This document shows, one piece after another, positions 20,535 to 41,644 of a DNA stretch of 64,000 nt. The stretch is from contig OZ176056.1 in the NCBI GenBank assembly GCA_964247055.1, forward strand, positions 4,836,001 to 4,900,000, given 5' to 3'. Numbering within the stretch: position 1 is the stretch's first letter; the number at the start of each line of letters is the position of its first letter. Position numbers and translations under genes: made by a program. The notes beneath the pieces are model-generated. The model had not been told where the DNA came from. It made no database searches and saw nothing but the letters and a program-made list of their open reading frames with translations. The DNA is from Paragordius varius (Eukaryota > Animalia > Nematomorpha).

Positions 20535-22893
20535 CCATTTCCCAGTCAAAATAAACGTTTTCCCAGTCAATCGAAACATTTCCCCAATCAATAAATTTTC
20601 CCAATCAATAAAAACGTTTTCCCAGTCAATAAAAACAGTTTTATTTTTGATGATAAATATTAAAACAAGAATATAAAAACAACTTTTAACCATTATTAGC
20701 GTAATAATAGGATATAATTTTTTTATAAAAACACAATTATTGAATGACAATTTTTCCAAGTTATTCCAGTGCACAATCATTAATGACTTATTCCTTAAAT
20801 GTTATATTTTTGGAATTTGAGTTAAGATAATATTTTTTATTTTATCGATGGTTCGCATTAAATATGCGGCTAACTAATAAAATCTATAGTTACGGTTAAA
20901 ATAACAAAATTTATAAAAATATACCATTTTATCACAAAGGTCATTTAACACTTTATATTGGATCTTAAACATATATTTTACGCTAATTTTATAATATTTA
21001 ACATTTGGTTGGGGGCCTAAGGAGGTTTTCCGAGTATCTTTGTGCGGGCCTCAATTGGAAAACCATATGCAAAAATATGCCCACAAAATCTTAGTAATAA
21101 TCATATTTCTTACGCAATTATTATGAATGAATCTATTAAATTGGTGATGAATTAAAAAAATTTATATTGTGTTTGTATCTTACAGTTTTATAAAATTATG
21201 TGAATGCCCGTATATATTTTGAATGAGGTACCGTGTGCTTTTGAGTTAAAAAAGCGGCCCGCGAAGGCATTTAGTTGGACACCCTTGTTTTAGTAAAATA
21301 TCCTTTTTATTAAATATTTTTAAATCAAAAATATTTTTATCAAAAAAATTTTCGTTAAGATATTTTTCCGACAGTATTATCGACAAACCGGACATATTTA
21401 AAAACTATTGTGAAGCGTTTCGCAAATATTAATGCGAACCATCGATAAAATAAAAAATATTATCTTAACTCAAATTCCAAAAATATAACATTTAAAGAAC
21501 ACTGGAAAACAAATTTTTCTGCCACTCGAGTTTTTTGCATTTTCGGATATTTAGTATCATTTTAACAGTAAATCTGAAATAAAAATTATAACTCGATGGA
21601 AGAATTTTGTATAAGTTGATTTTTTGATTATGCGCCCTCTTTATCAAAATTTTACTAAAAAATGTTTTTCTTTGAAAATATACGAGTAATGCCCATTTGT
21701 AATATATCATTCGAAAGAGTGATAAAAACTCTATAAAATGCATACTAATATGTATTACATCGACAGTTAATATTGGACACAAAGAGCGACAAATGCGCGA
21801 AGCGAGAGCATTTTTTTAAATTATTATATTTTTAAAACTAATGGATGAAAATAGCTCAAACTTTGTTTACATGGTGATGAATGTCCAAATAAGATAACAC
21901 ACGAAAGTTTTTTTGATTAAAACATTTTTTTATTGCTTTTATGTCACTCAAAACAGCCATTTTTAAGTTTTTTGTTTTTTTAAAATTACCATCTCATCAA
22001 TATTAATTTATTTTCTTTTCGAGGCTGATAATTTCGATTTAAAGATAAAAATAAAGTTTAAGGTATTTTTGATCTTTTATAGCCATTATGTAATAAATTT
22101 ACAGTTATAACTATGCATTTTAGTATCCACTAGGTAAAATATTTATGATAATATTAATTTTTACTAAAAAAGCAAACCAAAAGCTTTTTCAAACATTTTA
22201 TGCAAATTAAATAATACAACCCTGAGAATTATATTAAAACATTTTATATGATTTTCAAATTAGTTTTCTGTAAAAAGTCCGGACTTATTTAAGGATTGAA
22301 AGTTTCGACCATTTAAATCCAAATAACTTTTACATCCGATTGATTTAAATGACTTATTACCATTTAAAAGATGCAGTTTTTTGCGCTCTTACGAATGATA
22401 TAAAATACATGGCTTCATATCTAAAACTTTTAATTTTCGAAATTTCGAGTTTAATATTAAATTGGGGCCAAAAATTATCGATAAACTCTAATATAAAAAA
22501 ATTCTTGCATGCTAGACCAATTTTCTTTTCAGATATACTAATTATGTACTTTAATGAAATAAATTTTAAATTTAGAATGGCAGTTAAAAAAAGTTAAAAT
22601 TTGTTGTCTAGTGGAATAAGTCATTAATGATTGTGCACTGGAATATACTTGGAAAAACTGTCATTCAATAATTGTGTTTTTATAAAAAATTATATCCTAA
22701 TATTACGCTAATAATGGTTAAAAGTTTTTTTTATATTCTTGTTTAATATTTATCAAAAATAAAACCGTTTTTATTGACTGGGAAAACGTTTTTATTGATT
22801 GGGAAAATGTTTTTATTGACTGGGGAAATGTTTCGATTGACTGGGAAAATGTTTCGATTGACTGGGAAAAAGTTTATTTAGACTGAGAAATGG
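20535..22893. mobile_element. E3: family E MITE (contains F1)
   Basis: TATA|CCATTTCCCAGTC ... GACTGAGAAATGG|TATA with mirrored arms. Confidence 0.8.
21500..22613. mobile_element. F1: CACTA/G-ended element with a 3-bp GAA TSD
   Basis: GAA|CACTGGAAAACAAATTTT ... AAAATTTGTTGTCTAGTG|GAA. The empty site tttaaaGAAtaa(a/g)tcatt is seen in other E arms. Confidence 0.85.
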
Positions 22894-22966
22894 TATATTT
22901 TGGTAAAGTTAAATGGTCTATTCAAAAAGATTTCATTGAAATATATAAGTACACTATATAAATATA

Positions 22967-24354
22967 CCATTTCTCAGTCAAAGAAACGTTTTCCCCAGTC
23001 ATTCGAAACATTTTCCCAATCAATCGAAACGTTTTCCCACTCAATCGAAACGTTTTCCCAGTCAATCGAAACATCCCAATCAATCGAAACGTTTTCCCAG
23101 TCAATAAAAACGTTTTTCCAGTCATTAAAAACAGTATTTTTTCATAATAAATATTAAAACAAGATATAAAAATAAGGATTAACCATTTTCAGCTTAACAT
23201 TAGTATTTTTTTGTAAAAACACAATTATTAAATGGCGATTTTTCCAATTATATACCAATCACAATCATTAATGACTTATTCTATAAAGGTTATATTTTAT
23301 GGAATGTGAGTATTTTTAATAAAATATTTAATATTTTTTATTCTTTCGATGGTTGGCAATATTTGGGGCTAATTTATAAAATCTATAGTTATGGATGAAA
23401 TTATAAATTTTTTAAAATATACAATTTTTATATCAAATTGGTCATTTAACGCTTCAAATTGGATGTTAAACATCTGCAACTATAATCTAATTTATATAAT
23501 ATATTTATTTTTTAGTCCGGGGGATTCTGAAACCCCCGAAAAATTTGGAAATCCATATGAAAAAATATGCGCATAAAATCCTAGTAAAATTGATATTGCT
23601 TATACACTTTTTCTGAATAGGTCTATTTGGCAACTAACTTGAAAAAATTGTTATATTGTGTTTGTATTTTACAGGCTTATATCTCAAATCGAATAAATTA
23701 TTTACGAATGCAGCTATATATTTCGAATGCGCGGCCTGTGAAGCCATAGTGTTGGAATATCCTTTTTTATAAAATATTTTTAATTCAAAAACAGTATTAT
23801 CTAAAAAAATTTTTTTAGTTAATTTTTCCCGACAATATTATCGACAAACTTGACATGTTAAAAACCCATTTAAAACGTTAAATGGCCAATTTGAGATATA
23901 AATGGTATATTTTTAAAATTTTTATTTCACCCGTAACTATAGATTTTATAATTTAATACAGAATATGCTTGCCATCGATAGAATAAAAAGATAATTAAAT
24001 ATTTTAAATTAAATTCCATAAAATATAACCTTTATAGAATAAGTCATTAATGATTGTGATTGGTAAATAATTGGAAAAAATGCCATTCAATAATTGTGTT
24101 TTTACAAAAAATAATAATATAATATTACGTTGATAATGGTCAAAACTTATTTTTATATCTTGTTTTGATATTTATTATGAAAAAAAACCGTTTTTATTGA
24201 CTGGGAAAGCGTTATTATTGATTGGGAAAACGTTATTATTGATTGGGAAAACGTTTTTATTGACTGGGAAAACGTTTCGATTTGGAGAAATGTTTCGATT
24301 GACTAGGAAAACGTTTCGATTGATGGGAAAACGTTTTTTTTGACTGGGAAATGG
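22967..24354. mobile_element. E4: family E MITE
   Basis: TATA|CCATTTCTCAGTC ... GACTGGGAAATGG|TATA. Confidence 0.8.
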
Positions 24355-25146
24355 TATAGTTAAATACTTTTATGAAAGTTTAATTTTGGATCTAGGCTAC
24401 GAAATCAAATTGTAGTTTCCTCAAAATGAAGTTTTCTATTCCAGGCCATAAACAGTTAAAAAACTACTATTTTAGGAGTTGTTTTGCTTATAATTTATAT
24501 CGAACCCTGTTCCCTTGTATTAAATAAAAAAACTTAAATTTTTTACAATTTTTTTCTTCTAAGGTCTCGCATTCTGATGTGTCAAAAACATGAAAGAAAC
24601 AGCGGATTTTAAAATCAATAAATTTCAAAAATTTGCTGGTAATATGTAATTTTAAAGCTTTCCAAATTTAATTAATTATATTTTTAATCATAATATGTAT
24701 TTATTTGCCTGCATTGCGTTTACAAAAATCCAAAGCGAAAAAGTTTGAGATATGAATATTACTTTTGTATTTTTTTAATATATTCTAATAAAATAACTCT
24801 GGTTTATGAATCTACCCCAAAAGCTATTGAATGGTACTTGTTTGCCACCAAATAATTCTTTAAATTTCATGGGTAAGATTTGTAATTGTATAACTTCAAA
24901 TATCTAAAAAGTATAGTTTATTTAGGGGTTTGTACGCGCCGTGAAAAAATTAGATTAGATATTGGGGTATAAAATGTAATTAAAAATCTTCTCCATTTTT
25001 TCATGCAATATATTTCAGATATGTTTAATTTTGCGATAGCTAGCTAATTTTAATCCTTATTGGACTTTATTTATTTCCATTCTTTAATCCTTTGGTCCAT
25101 CTAAATTTCTTTCTTATATTATATTTTGTTTATTTTTATTTTAGAT

Positions 25147-28100
25147 ATGATATCTACCAACATTATTAGCTCCAACAACATACAAATTATGTTTCCCCTT
25201 ACAATAAGTGATAATGATAATCAACCAGTGTACTGCAAGACAACCTTCTGCCATACCTCTGTCACCACGGTCAATACTCAAAGCCATCCATCATTCTATG
25301 TCAACCCGTCCACAACTCCAACACCCGATATTGGCTCTCTCTATGAACACCAATTCCCTTCTCTCTCTTCATCTCAGTTCTACGACAACGTGTACACAGC
25401 TACCAATCAGTCATCCAATCAGGCCAAATCTCCCAGCTCAAACATTAAACGCAAGACCATCCTTGATCTTGTCCATCCAGCCAACAAAATGCTTAAGATA
25501 AATAATAATGATGATGATAATGATGGCGACCTATTGGAGGTGATGCCACATCAACCTATCCTGCAAGACAAAACCCTATCATTTTATTTCCCTTTACCGA
25601 ATCACTTTTTATGTCCGTCTGAATCTTGCAATCATCAATTTCGTTGTAAATCCTGGACTGCCCAGAGACAGTCTCTTCTTCATATTAAGCTGGTCCATAA
25701 AGAACTAATCAAAATAGTTAATATTTGCAAACCTTGTAACAAAGTTTTATCTATTCACCCAAGTATACATATGAAAGAGTGCATTTTTGCGTCCAAATCT
25801 CCTATTGTCCAAATGCCTCACGCATGTGATGAGTGTGACTTGTCGTTTCCCAAGCGCATGTCTCTCTTATCTCATAAAAGGTCTCATAATCTACCTCCTC
25901 ATCCTCACAGCAAACCGTTAAGTTTGTCAAACCTCCGATTCAATCCGTCTAATACTAAGGTTGTCGAGTCATCTCCAACCCATTCAGTAAATTTTTTTGA
26001 TCCACCCAGCTCTCCAGTTATTCTTCCCCTACCAAAGTGAGTGAGACCTCAAACATCATTGGTAAGGGACATGAAGGCAATAATTCCAGTACGGATATTA
26101 ATTCCAATATTCTAAATCCCAGTAGTTCGGTAAACAAAAATTATTTTAATTACTTTTCTAAGAATTGTCTCTTTATCTAATTTACTATTCTTGAGGAGAG
26201 TGTTGATGAGGAACCCACTTCATCGGTTACTCTACCTACACCAAATAAAAGTTTTAATAAATCATCTGCTTTAAATAAAAATACTTTTCCTTTCACTAAT
26301 TTTAATAACCTTCTTGACTCCCACGACGAGAATTCCGACTGGGAGGATATTTGTCCTTTAATAAGCTCTATTCAAAATGCACTTTTTTTCCTCGGGCTGA
26401 TTATAATAAGTCTGAAAGTTTGGTTCATAAAGATTTAAATATTCGTAGCATGTATAGGAAAAATAGGAAAAAGGCTATAAGATTAATCGTTGATGGCTCT
26501 CCATCCTCTTGTAAAATTAATAACGAAGATATAACTAATTATTTTAACAATACAATTGGCAAAAAATCGGAGCCTATTAATTTTAATTATTCTAATAATT
26601 CTGTCCCTTTACTTGATTTTATTCCCTTTTCAGCATCTGAAGTTTCTGATTAAGAAAAGTTTCTAACAGCTCCCCTGGTCCTGATGGTATTTCATATACC
26701 AAATGGAAGCAGGTGGATCCCAAAGGTATTCTTTTATCTAAAATTTTTAATTTGTGTTTAAGTCATAGAATGATTCCTAATCATTGGAAAGTAACTAAGT
26801 CAATCTTAATTTCTAAAAAAAAGGGAGACCCTTCTCTTGTTTCAAGCTGGAGGCCCCTTTCACTAAGCAATACTATTTATAAATTATTTACTGGCCTTAT
26901 TGCCAACCGTATTTCTAAACATATTTTATAGAATAACTTATTATCATCAGCCCAGAAAGGATTTATTCCTTTTGATGGCTGCTTTGAGCATAATTATATT
27001 TTAAATAAATCAATTTCTGATGCTAAACATAATAAAAAAGATATTTTTGTAACTTTTATTGATATCACTGCTGCGTTTGACTCGGTCCCTCACCAGCTGA
27101 TTTTTGAATGTCTCCCTAATTTTGGTATAGATAATAATATTCAAGCTTTAATTAAGGATATTTACACAAATTCATGTACTCAGTTCTTTTCCGCCTCTGG
27201 GTTAACGCAACCCATTCCTTTCTTGTCTGGCATTAAACAGGGGTGTCCAATTTCTGGCCTTCTTTTTAATTTGTCAATCGATTCTGTGTTGAGATCTATG
27301 GTGTTTAATGGTCACAATGTCCTCGCTTATGCTGATGACATTGTTTTATTGTCTGACTCTCCTGAACGTCATCAAGTTGGGCTCAACTTGTTAGAATGTC
27401 TTAATTATGATATTGGTCTTTCGATCAAATCTGAGAAGTGCAATACTATTTCTATTGCTTCTTGTAGTCCTGTTTTTAAGATTGGTGAAGTTGTCGTTCC
27501 CTCAATCGGTCAAGGTGAGTTTGTTAAATTTTTTGGAAAGCCTGTAGGTCTCAATTTCATTAATCCCGTTCCTTCTACGGAAATTGTGGATAAAATGCCT
27601 CCTCCCTTGGCAAAAGCTAGACGCTATTAAAACTTTTTTCTATCCCACTATTTCTCACCAGTTGAGAAATAATGAGCTTAAAATGGTTTCAGGTGAATAT
27701 CTAGATAAAAAGCTAACTAAAGTGTTCAAATATTAAATCTTCCAAGAGATGCCACTAACAATTATATTTTTGGCTCTCGTAATAAGGGCGCCTTAGGGAT
27801 GCCCCTATTCCGAGACATTAATATATTTCGTGTGGATTCCGCTTTTTAATTACTTACTAGCTTAGATCCTTCTATAAGAGTTTCTGCTCTCGAGGAACTT
27901 AAGGTTTCGGCTAGCTTTCGTTTTAAGGTTCGATTAGATTCTATAACTCCCGATCAATTAGGCAAATATTTGTCTGGTTATGAGAACCCTCTTGTCTCAA
28001 ATCCAGCTAATAAATGCCAAAACATTTGGACAATAGCGAGAATTGCGTCTGAATCTCTCAAAATTTCCTGGTCTTTTGATGATTCTTTTCAGCCTACAGT

Positions 28101-28902
28101 AATTACAGAGTTCTCTAAAATCTCCCAAGATCGCTCAGCTGTTGTTTCTAACCTTCGATTTTATAAACGAAAGTTAAAGGATACTGAGCTACACCATTTT
28201 GCTTTGCAGGGTCGGGTGATGGAGTGCGTTGCTGATGATAAGGTCAGTCACCATTTTCTTTACAATAATAAGGATCTTCGCTTCAGAGACTGGAACTTCA
28301 TCCATCGAGCGCGGCTCAATCTCCTTCCAACGAAAATGCGACTCAGGTCGTCTGAACAAATGTGCCGTCGCTGTGGCAAATCGAAAGAAACCCAAGCCCA
28401 CGTCTTAAACCACTGCCTCAAAGATGATAATATAATAACCAAAAGACACAACGTCATAGTAGACCTGATTAAAGATAATCTTCCATTAAATTTCAAGGTT
28501 TTAAGTGAAAACCAAGCCATCGATTCGTCGAGACTACGCCCTGACCTCATTGTAACAAATGGCACTGATTGCTATATCATCGATCCCACAGTGCCGTTTG
28601 AAAACAGGCTAGAATCGTTCGAAACGGCGTTCAACAATAAATTAATGAAGTATAGCTGTATGGCTCAACAATTACAGGAAACATACAGCAACACCCAAGT
28701 CATTCCAGTTGTTGTTGTGAGCCTCGGCTCGTGGTATTCGAAAAACTATGTTCTTTATGAGAAGATCAGGTTCCGATGCCCTACCCAACTAAAGAAATCA
28801 ATAGTTACAAGCATAATAAAATCTTCAGCCGACATGTACCACATGTTTATGAGCGGTCGAAATTCCCTCATAGACAACAACCCATCAAATGCATTTTTGT
28901 AA
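25147..28902 (+). mobile_element. Decayed non-LTR retrotransposon with restriction-like endonuclease (R2 superfamily, NeSL/Utopia-like); single ORF broken by stops and frameshifts
   Basis: N-terminal zinc fingers (CPSESC..H..H; CKPC..H...C; CDEC..H..H), then PGPDGISY.KWK.VDP, WRPLSL, QKGF, GIKQGCPISGLLFNL and YADD. These are followed by DWNFIHRARLNLLP, the CCHC motif CRRCG..ET.AHVLNHC and the RLE motifs RPDLIV..IIDPTVPFE..K..KY. Confidence 0.92.
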
Positions 28903-29345
28903 TATTTTTTTTATATATATATTTTTTATTATATTTTTTTTTTATATTTACATATAATAATTTTTTCTTTCTTCCCCCTTGTAACTTCCCCATGCCCAAT
29001 ATTGTTGCGTAGCACTTTTCTTCATATATTCTAAATTGTATTTTTTATATATATTAATAAATTATACTCAATCAAAATATTGAAACATTGCATAAAGGTA
29101 TTTAGCATATTACATTATATAGAAAAATGCATAAAACACCACTGTATCATGAAAAAGACATTTTATATTTTATTTCATACCACTATTAACCAAGACGACA
29201 AAATTTTAAGTGTCTGGATTATTACATTTAATCAGAAATTTAATTTCAATGCCAAAATAACTTGTGGTCTTAACTTTGATTGCGAAAGCTTACCAGAACT
29301 GGGATATGATTACTACCCAAATATCAAAAACAATAGCATAATATA

Positions 29346-29979
29346 CCATCCAGTCAAAAAAAGTCAATTGATACGTTTTCCCATTCAATCTAAACATTTT
29401 CCCAATAAATAAAAACATTTTTCCAGTTAATAAAAACGGGTAAATTTTTGATGATATCAAAACAAGAAATAAAAATAACTTTTCATCACTAAGAGCACAC
29501 TTATAAGGATATTTTGTCAAAACACAAATATTGTATGACAATGTTTTTATCTATGCCAATACACAAATCATTAATGACTTATTCATAAATAGTTTAATTT
29601 TATAAACTGGATGAGTATTCTATAATTTTTGAGATATTAATATAAAAAAATATTTTTAATAAAATTTTCATTAACCACCACAATTTATATAATGTATTTT
29701 TTATCTTTTAGTCAAATTTGTGTCATTTAATTTTTTTCCATTAAAAACATCATTTTTAATCAAATTATCTTTTTTTAGAAATATTTTAAAAGTATTTTTA
29801 TCAACGACAAAACACAGAAATAATAACAGTGTTTTGATAAAAAATAATATCCAAAGTGAGCTCTTAATGATTGGAGAGTATTTTTGTATCTTGATAATTA
29901 CTATTAAAAATAACCGTTTTTATTTATTGTGAAAATGTTTTTATTGACGGGGAAAACGTTTTTTTCGACTGGTAAATGG
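29346..29979. mobile_element. E5: degenerate family E MITE
   Basis: TATA|CCATCCAGTC ... GACTGGTAAATGG|TATG with decayed 21-bp units. Confidence 0.65.
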
Positions 29980-31352
29980 TATGTATCAAACTTATGGCAA
30001 AGCAATATACCATAAACCTCTTTACGGAATGTTGTTTATTTTGATAAGTAAATTATTTTGCAAACTAAATGAATCAAAATTCGTTGCTTTTTTATGAAAA
30101 AGAGCATTTTATAAAATTTCCTATACTTAAAAGATATCCTACAAAAGCATTGTAATAATATATAAAAATCAATTTTTATCATATGAATATGAACATTTAT
30201 TACCTGCAAAAATCTTAAATAATATTATAATATATAAACACAATGCACACAAAAACTCGATAGAAAAATATATCAGTATCATCAGGGTGCTTTTGGTTTA
30301 GAGGCGTACGAGGGATATAATATAGTTTTTATCACTTTTGTAGCAAGTGCTCCATATTAGAAAAAAAGGGAAATTCGGGTATATTTTGCCAATAAATTTT
30401 TTTCGGTAAAAGCGAAATGTCTCATTCCAAAAAATATCACTAAAATATATCTTATACTATATTTAAAAAGCGAAACAATATGATTAAATTTTAATTTTTA
30501 GATGTGGGCTCCGAAATTCCAAAGTTTTTATGCTCTTATAAAACGGGCTAGTTCTTTCAGGATAACAAAGGCCGAGATGATATATTTTGGAATGAAGCAT
30601 TTATCACCAAAAAAATTAATCAATATGTCCACAATTTTTACCTTTCGGGCAATTAACACCAAAGTATAAATATATTTCTTATATCACTCATAAGGCTTAA
30701 TCACCTAGAGAATCATGAGACATTTCTGAATATATATACAAAATATTATTTGATATCCCCCGATTTTGTGTAAATAAATTTTAAAAAATATATCATTTAA
30801 ATATATAATAATAAAAAAATTAAAAAACTTTTAACATTATGATTAAGGCATTTAAAAACTTATTTTTCGAATGCATTCAAATAAAATTTGGAAATCAATA
30901 AATTTTTAAAAAGTTTGGCAGAACAAGATAAAACTGATAACCTATGAATTAACAAAAAATATGATTGATGTAAAATTATTTATTTAAGGATATGGTAAAT
31001 AAAACAGATCAGTATTTTGCACACAAGTATTTGTAACTAGACATAAAAAGATATATGTGATAATACTAAATATAATAGGTAAGGTAACCATAAAATTTGC
31101 TAATAGGATAAAAGGTAAAGAAAACTAACAGATTAAAGCTGTGCATTGACTAGGAAATATTTCAATAAATTATACACAATATAACACAAATTTACACCGC
31201 CCCTATTGTCAAAAAGGGGTAATTGATTGACTAAAAATAATCATTGGCACATGTATATATCAGAAAATAAGAATCTTTTTTAAAGTGAGTTTACAACAAA
31301 AAAAACATGATTTTGACTTTTTTTGCGTGTGTGTAATATCCAAAAAAATAAA

Positions 31353-38800
<7,448 letters not shown>

Positions 38801-39885
38801 AGCTGCCGTTTAATTGTGTAATAAATTAATTGTAAGATATATAATAATGTAAAAAGGGATGTTCTAGAAGCGCTTGATTTGGATTGTCTTTAAGGTTTTT
38901 TAAAGGACGTGAATAACAGTAAAAAAGTTAACAAATGTGTTTTAAATTTATTCGCTTTATTACCGATCAATTAAATATTTACAAAACGTAAAATAAATAA
39001 AACTTACCCATAGTGAAATTATAATATGAATAGCCTAAATGTAAAAAAGAAAAATGAAGAGATGTGAAATGAGTATTGGGTGATATGCAAATATTTATTA
39101 TAACTACACACGAGGTGTTTATATATTTTTTATGTTCAAATTAGGGAGCACATAATCAATAAATTTTATTAACAATACCTTTAAAAAATTTTAATATTTC
39201 ATTGCCACAAATATTATTTTACTAAAACTATATTCTGAGTAAAAATGTATCATGCTTATGATTTTAATGATAGGGCTTAATAGGCATCTAGAATTTTGTT
39301 ACGAGGATTTATATAATAATGTCAAAATTAGCAAATATTCTAAACAAAATTATAATTGTTAGCTAAATGCTCCATAAAATTTATATCTCAATATAATAGT
39401 AACAATTTGATTTCAATTGCGGTAACTAATTTATGCAGATCAATCATTAAACAATTTATTACATTTCAATTGATGTCCGCGAATTTCGGCCGAATTTTCG
39501 AGCCAATAGCTTCAGATAAATCATTCTTAAACATGTTTTGGTTTAATCAACCTCTCTTGCTCACAGTTTTTTATTTCCAGAGCACGGGTGTCCAACGCAT
39601 ACTACATGGCAGCATTTTCGAATAAAAAATCCGATGTGCCGCATTAGCAAGATTTATTTGAACTAAGAAATATTTTATTATTCAAATAACTTATTATTTT
39701 AATAATCATTGCTATTTCACTGCCAATTCAGAAAAACTTATTCATCAATATGTTTGACAATTCATGATTTACTGTACACAGTATTTAATTTGAATATCTT
39801 AAAAAGTATTTAAGCTGCTAGACCGAATTTAAATGCTTTATTCAGTCTTTCAGGCATAAGTTTATATAAAGAATTAAAATCTTAA

Positions 39886-40440
39886 TACTTGGATACACCT
39901 GATCCATTTCAGTCCTTCAATTCAAATTGGAGTAGTTGAACACCCAGGCTTGTTAATTCAAATATATGGAATGAATTGAAACCATGGCAAAAATTTGCAC
40001 ATTTTAACATTAATGAACCGAAACATATAATATATTTATCCGAAAAAACTGAATATTAATTATATTTAGGTAAAACCGAAAGGTAAAAATTCATCAACCT
40101 TACATGTATGCAATGGTAAAATTGTAAAATAATACAAAGCAAACCGCTTTTCTATCTCCATTAATGTTAGATGTAGTTTAAATAAAATATTAGTTTTAAT
40201 TTTACCCGTAAATTAAATGGAGACGATATTTTGCAAAAATTTTGCAAAATGAAAATGGCGTCGAAGTAGTTTGATAGAACTTTTTTTCTAAACAAGTTTT
40301 ATTTAAATATTTTGGCACATTTATATAATTTTTATTAGGATAGAAGCATAAATTTAAATTGGGACCCTTTCCTTCAGTAGTCTTTCAATCCTATCAAATT
40401 TTGTCTGGGGTATTTAGTCCCCCAATTTGAATTGAAGATG
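39886..40440. mobile_element. C2: copy of piggyBac-like MITE C
   Basis: Colinear with 34402-34976. Confidence 0.7.
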
Positions 40441-40829
40441 ATAGTATACGCAAAAACATACATATGGCACTACGCTCAAAATCGGGGTAAAATATCCTGA
40501 TGAAATATAAATGCAGTATAATCATAGTTCACTTTTATCCCTTATTTGTAAATTAAGAAAGCTAATTATACGTTTTTAATTAGCCCATATCAGAAGATGC
40601 AAGCGCACATTTATTTTAAAAACTTTTATTGTTGATGGATATCTAAGGTGACCAGATTTTTTGAAGGAAAAAGCGGGACAAATCTGAGAAAGGGGTGGGT
40701 CATTGGGGGGTACAACCAAAAATTTTTATACAAAAAATTTATTGTAATATTTATTTATTTTTAACAAAAATACATTATAAATATAAAAAAATTTGTACCT
40801 CACGGGTATTTGTACCTTATTCAATAAAT

Positions 40830-41640
40830 TTCCATGTGCACGAACAAAGGGTAAAGTGATTTTAATATTCTAGAAAAAAATAATAAAGACGAAATCATCA
40901 CAAAGTGCGCTGGGTGATGCAAGAAGCGGCACAAAAATATTAGCGAATAATCTTAATCAAAATATTATTGGCAGATACACAACGTTCAAACAGCTATTGA
41001 TTTGTTACCCCTGTATGTGGATATAGATGTTAAAATGCTTGAATATTGTAGAACTGTTGGTTAGCTCTTTTGCCAGCGATTGAAATATTTATAAAAATGT
41101 GATCTCCTAGAAACCTATTTTTTTATCACAGGACAAAGGTTTCCAAGTCAACAAAGGTTAGAAAATAATTTTATACCATTACCTAATCCCAATATTATAT
41201 AGCATCCAGAAAAACAAGGCTCAATGAATAGCCAGAATATAAAAATGTTTTATACAAACAGAAACGATTATTTGGAAGACAAGACGGTGCACAATGACAC
41301 TTTTTGATGAAGTCTCATTATTAAATTAATATATTGAATCAAAACTTATATTATGGACAACATAAAAAATACGTAGGATATAAATGGTTAAAATAATCAT
41401 TTTTAAACAAATTATGTTCCATACAATAATATTTTAATTGTAGAATTTGCATTATCTTTACCTGAACCACTGCTATTGAACGCGTTTTTCCACAGTAAAT
41501 TAAGTAAGGACACGGAATCAAATTTAAATGTTGAATAAAAGCCATTTTGTGTGTTCAAATATAATTTGACAAATTATGAAGACTTATACAATATTTTACG
41601 TGATTTTTTTTATTTTTTTACACAAAAACTTTAAAGAAAA
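40830..41640 (+). pseudogene. Inverted, multiply deleted remnant of the element H transposase
   Basis: Blocks such as CACAACG.TCAAACA, AAAATGCTTG.ATATTGTA, TTATCACAGGACAAA, GGTTAGAAAATAATTTTATACCATTA, TATAAAAATGTTTTATACAAAC and CAAATATAATTTGACAAATT match the reverse complement of 41690-43090 in the same order. Confidence 0.8.
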
Positions 41641-41644
41641 TATT

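Noticed and set aside
24900-25146. U2/SL/rRNA target remnants or an HDV-like ribozyme at the 5' end of the RLE element
   Set aside because: The sequence is AT/pyrimidine-rich with no recognisable match or nested pseudoknot.
28189-28565. Antisense and alternative-frame ORFs over the RLE element (also 25208-25501)
   Set aside because: They are shadows of the retroelement coding sequence.
39356-39625. 89-aa ORF upstream of LDH
   Set aside because: No motif and no convincing splice sites or codon pattern.
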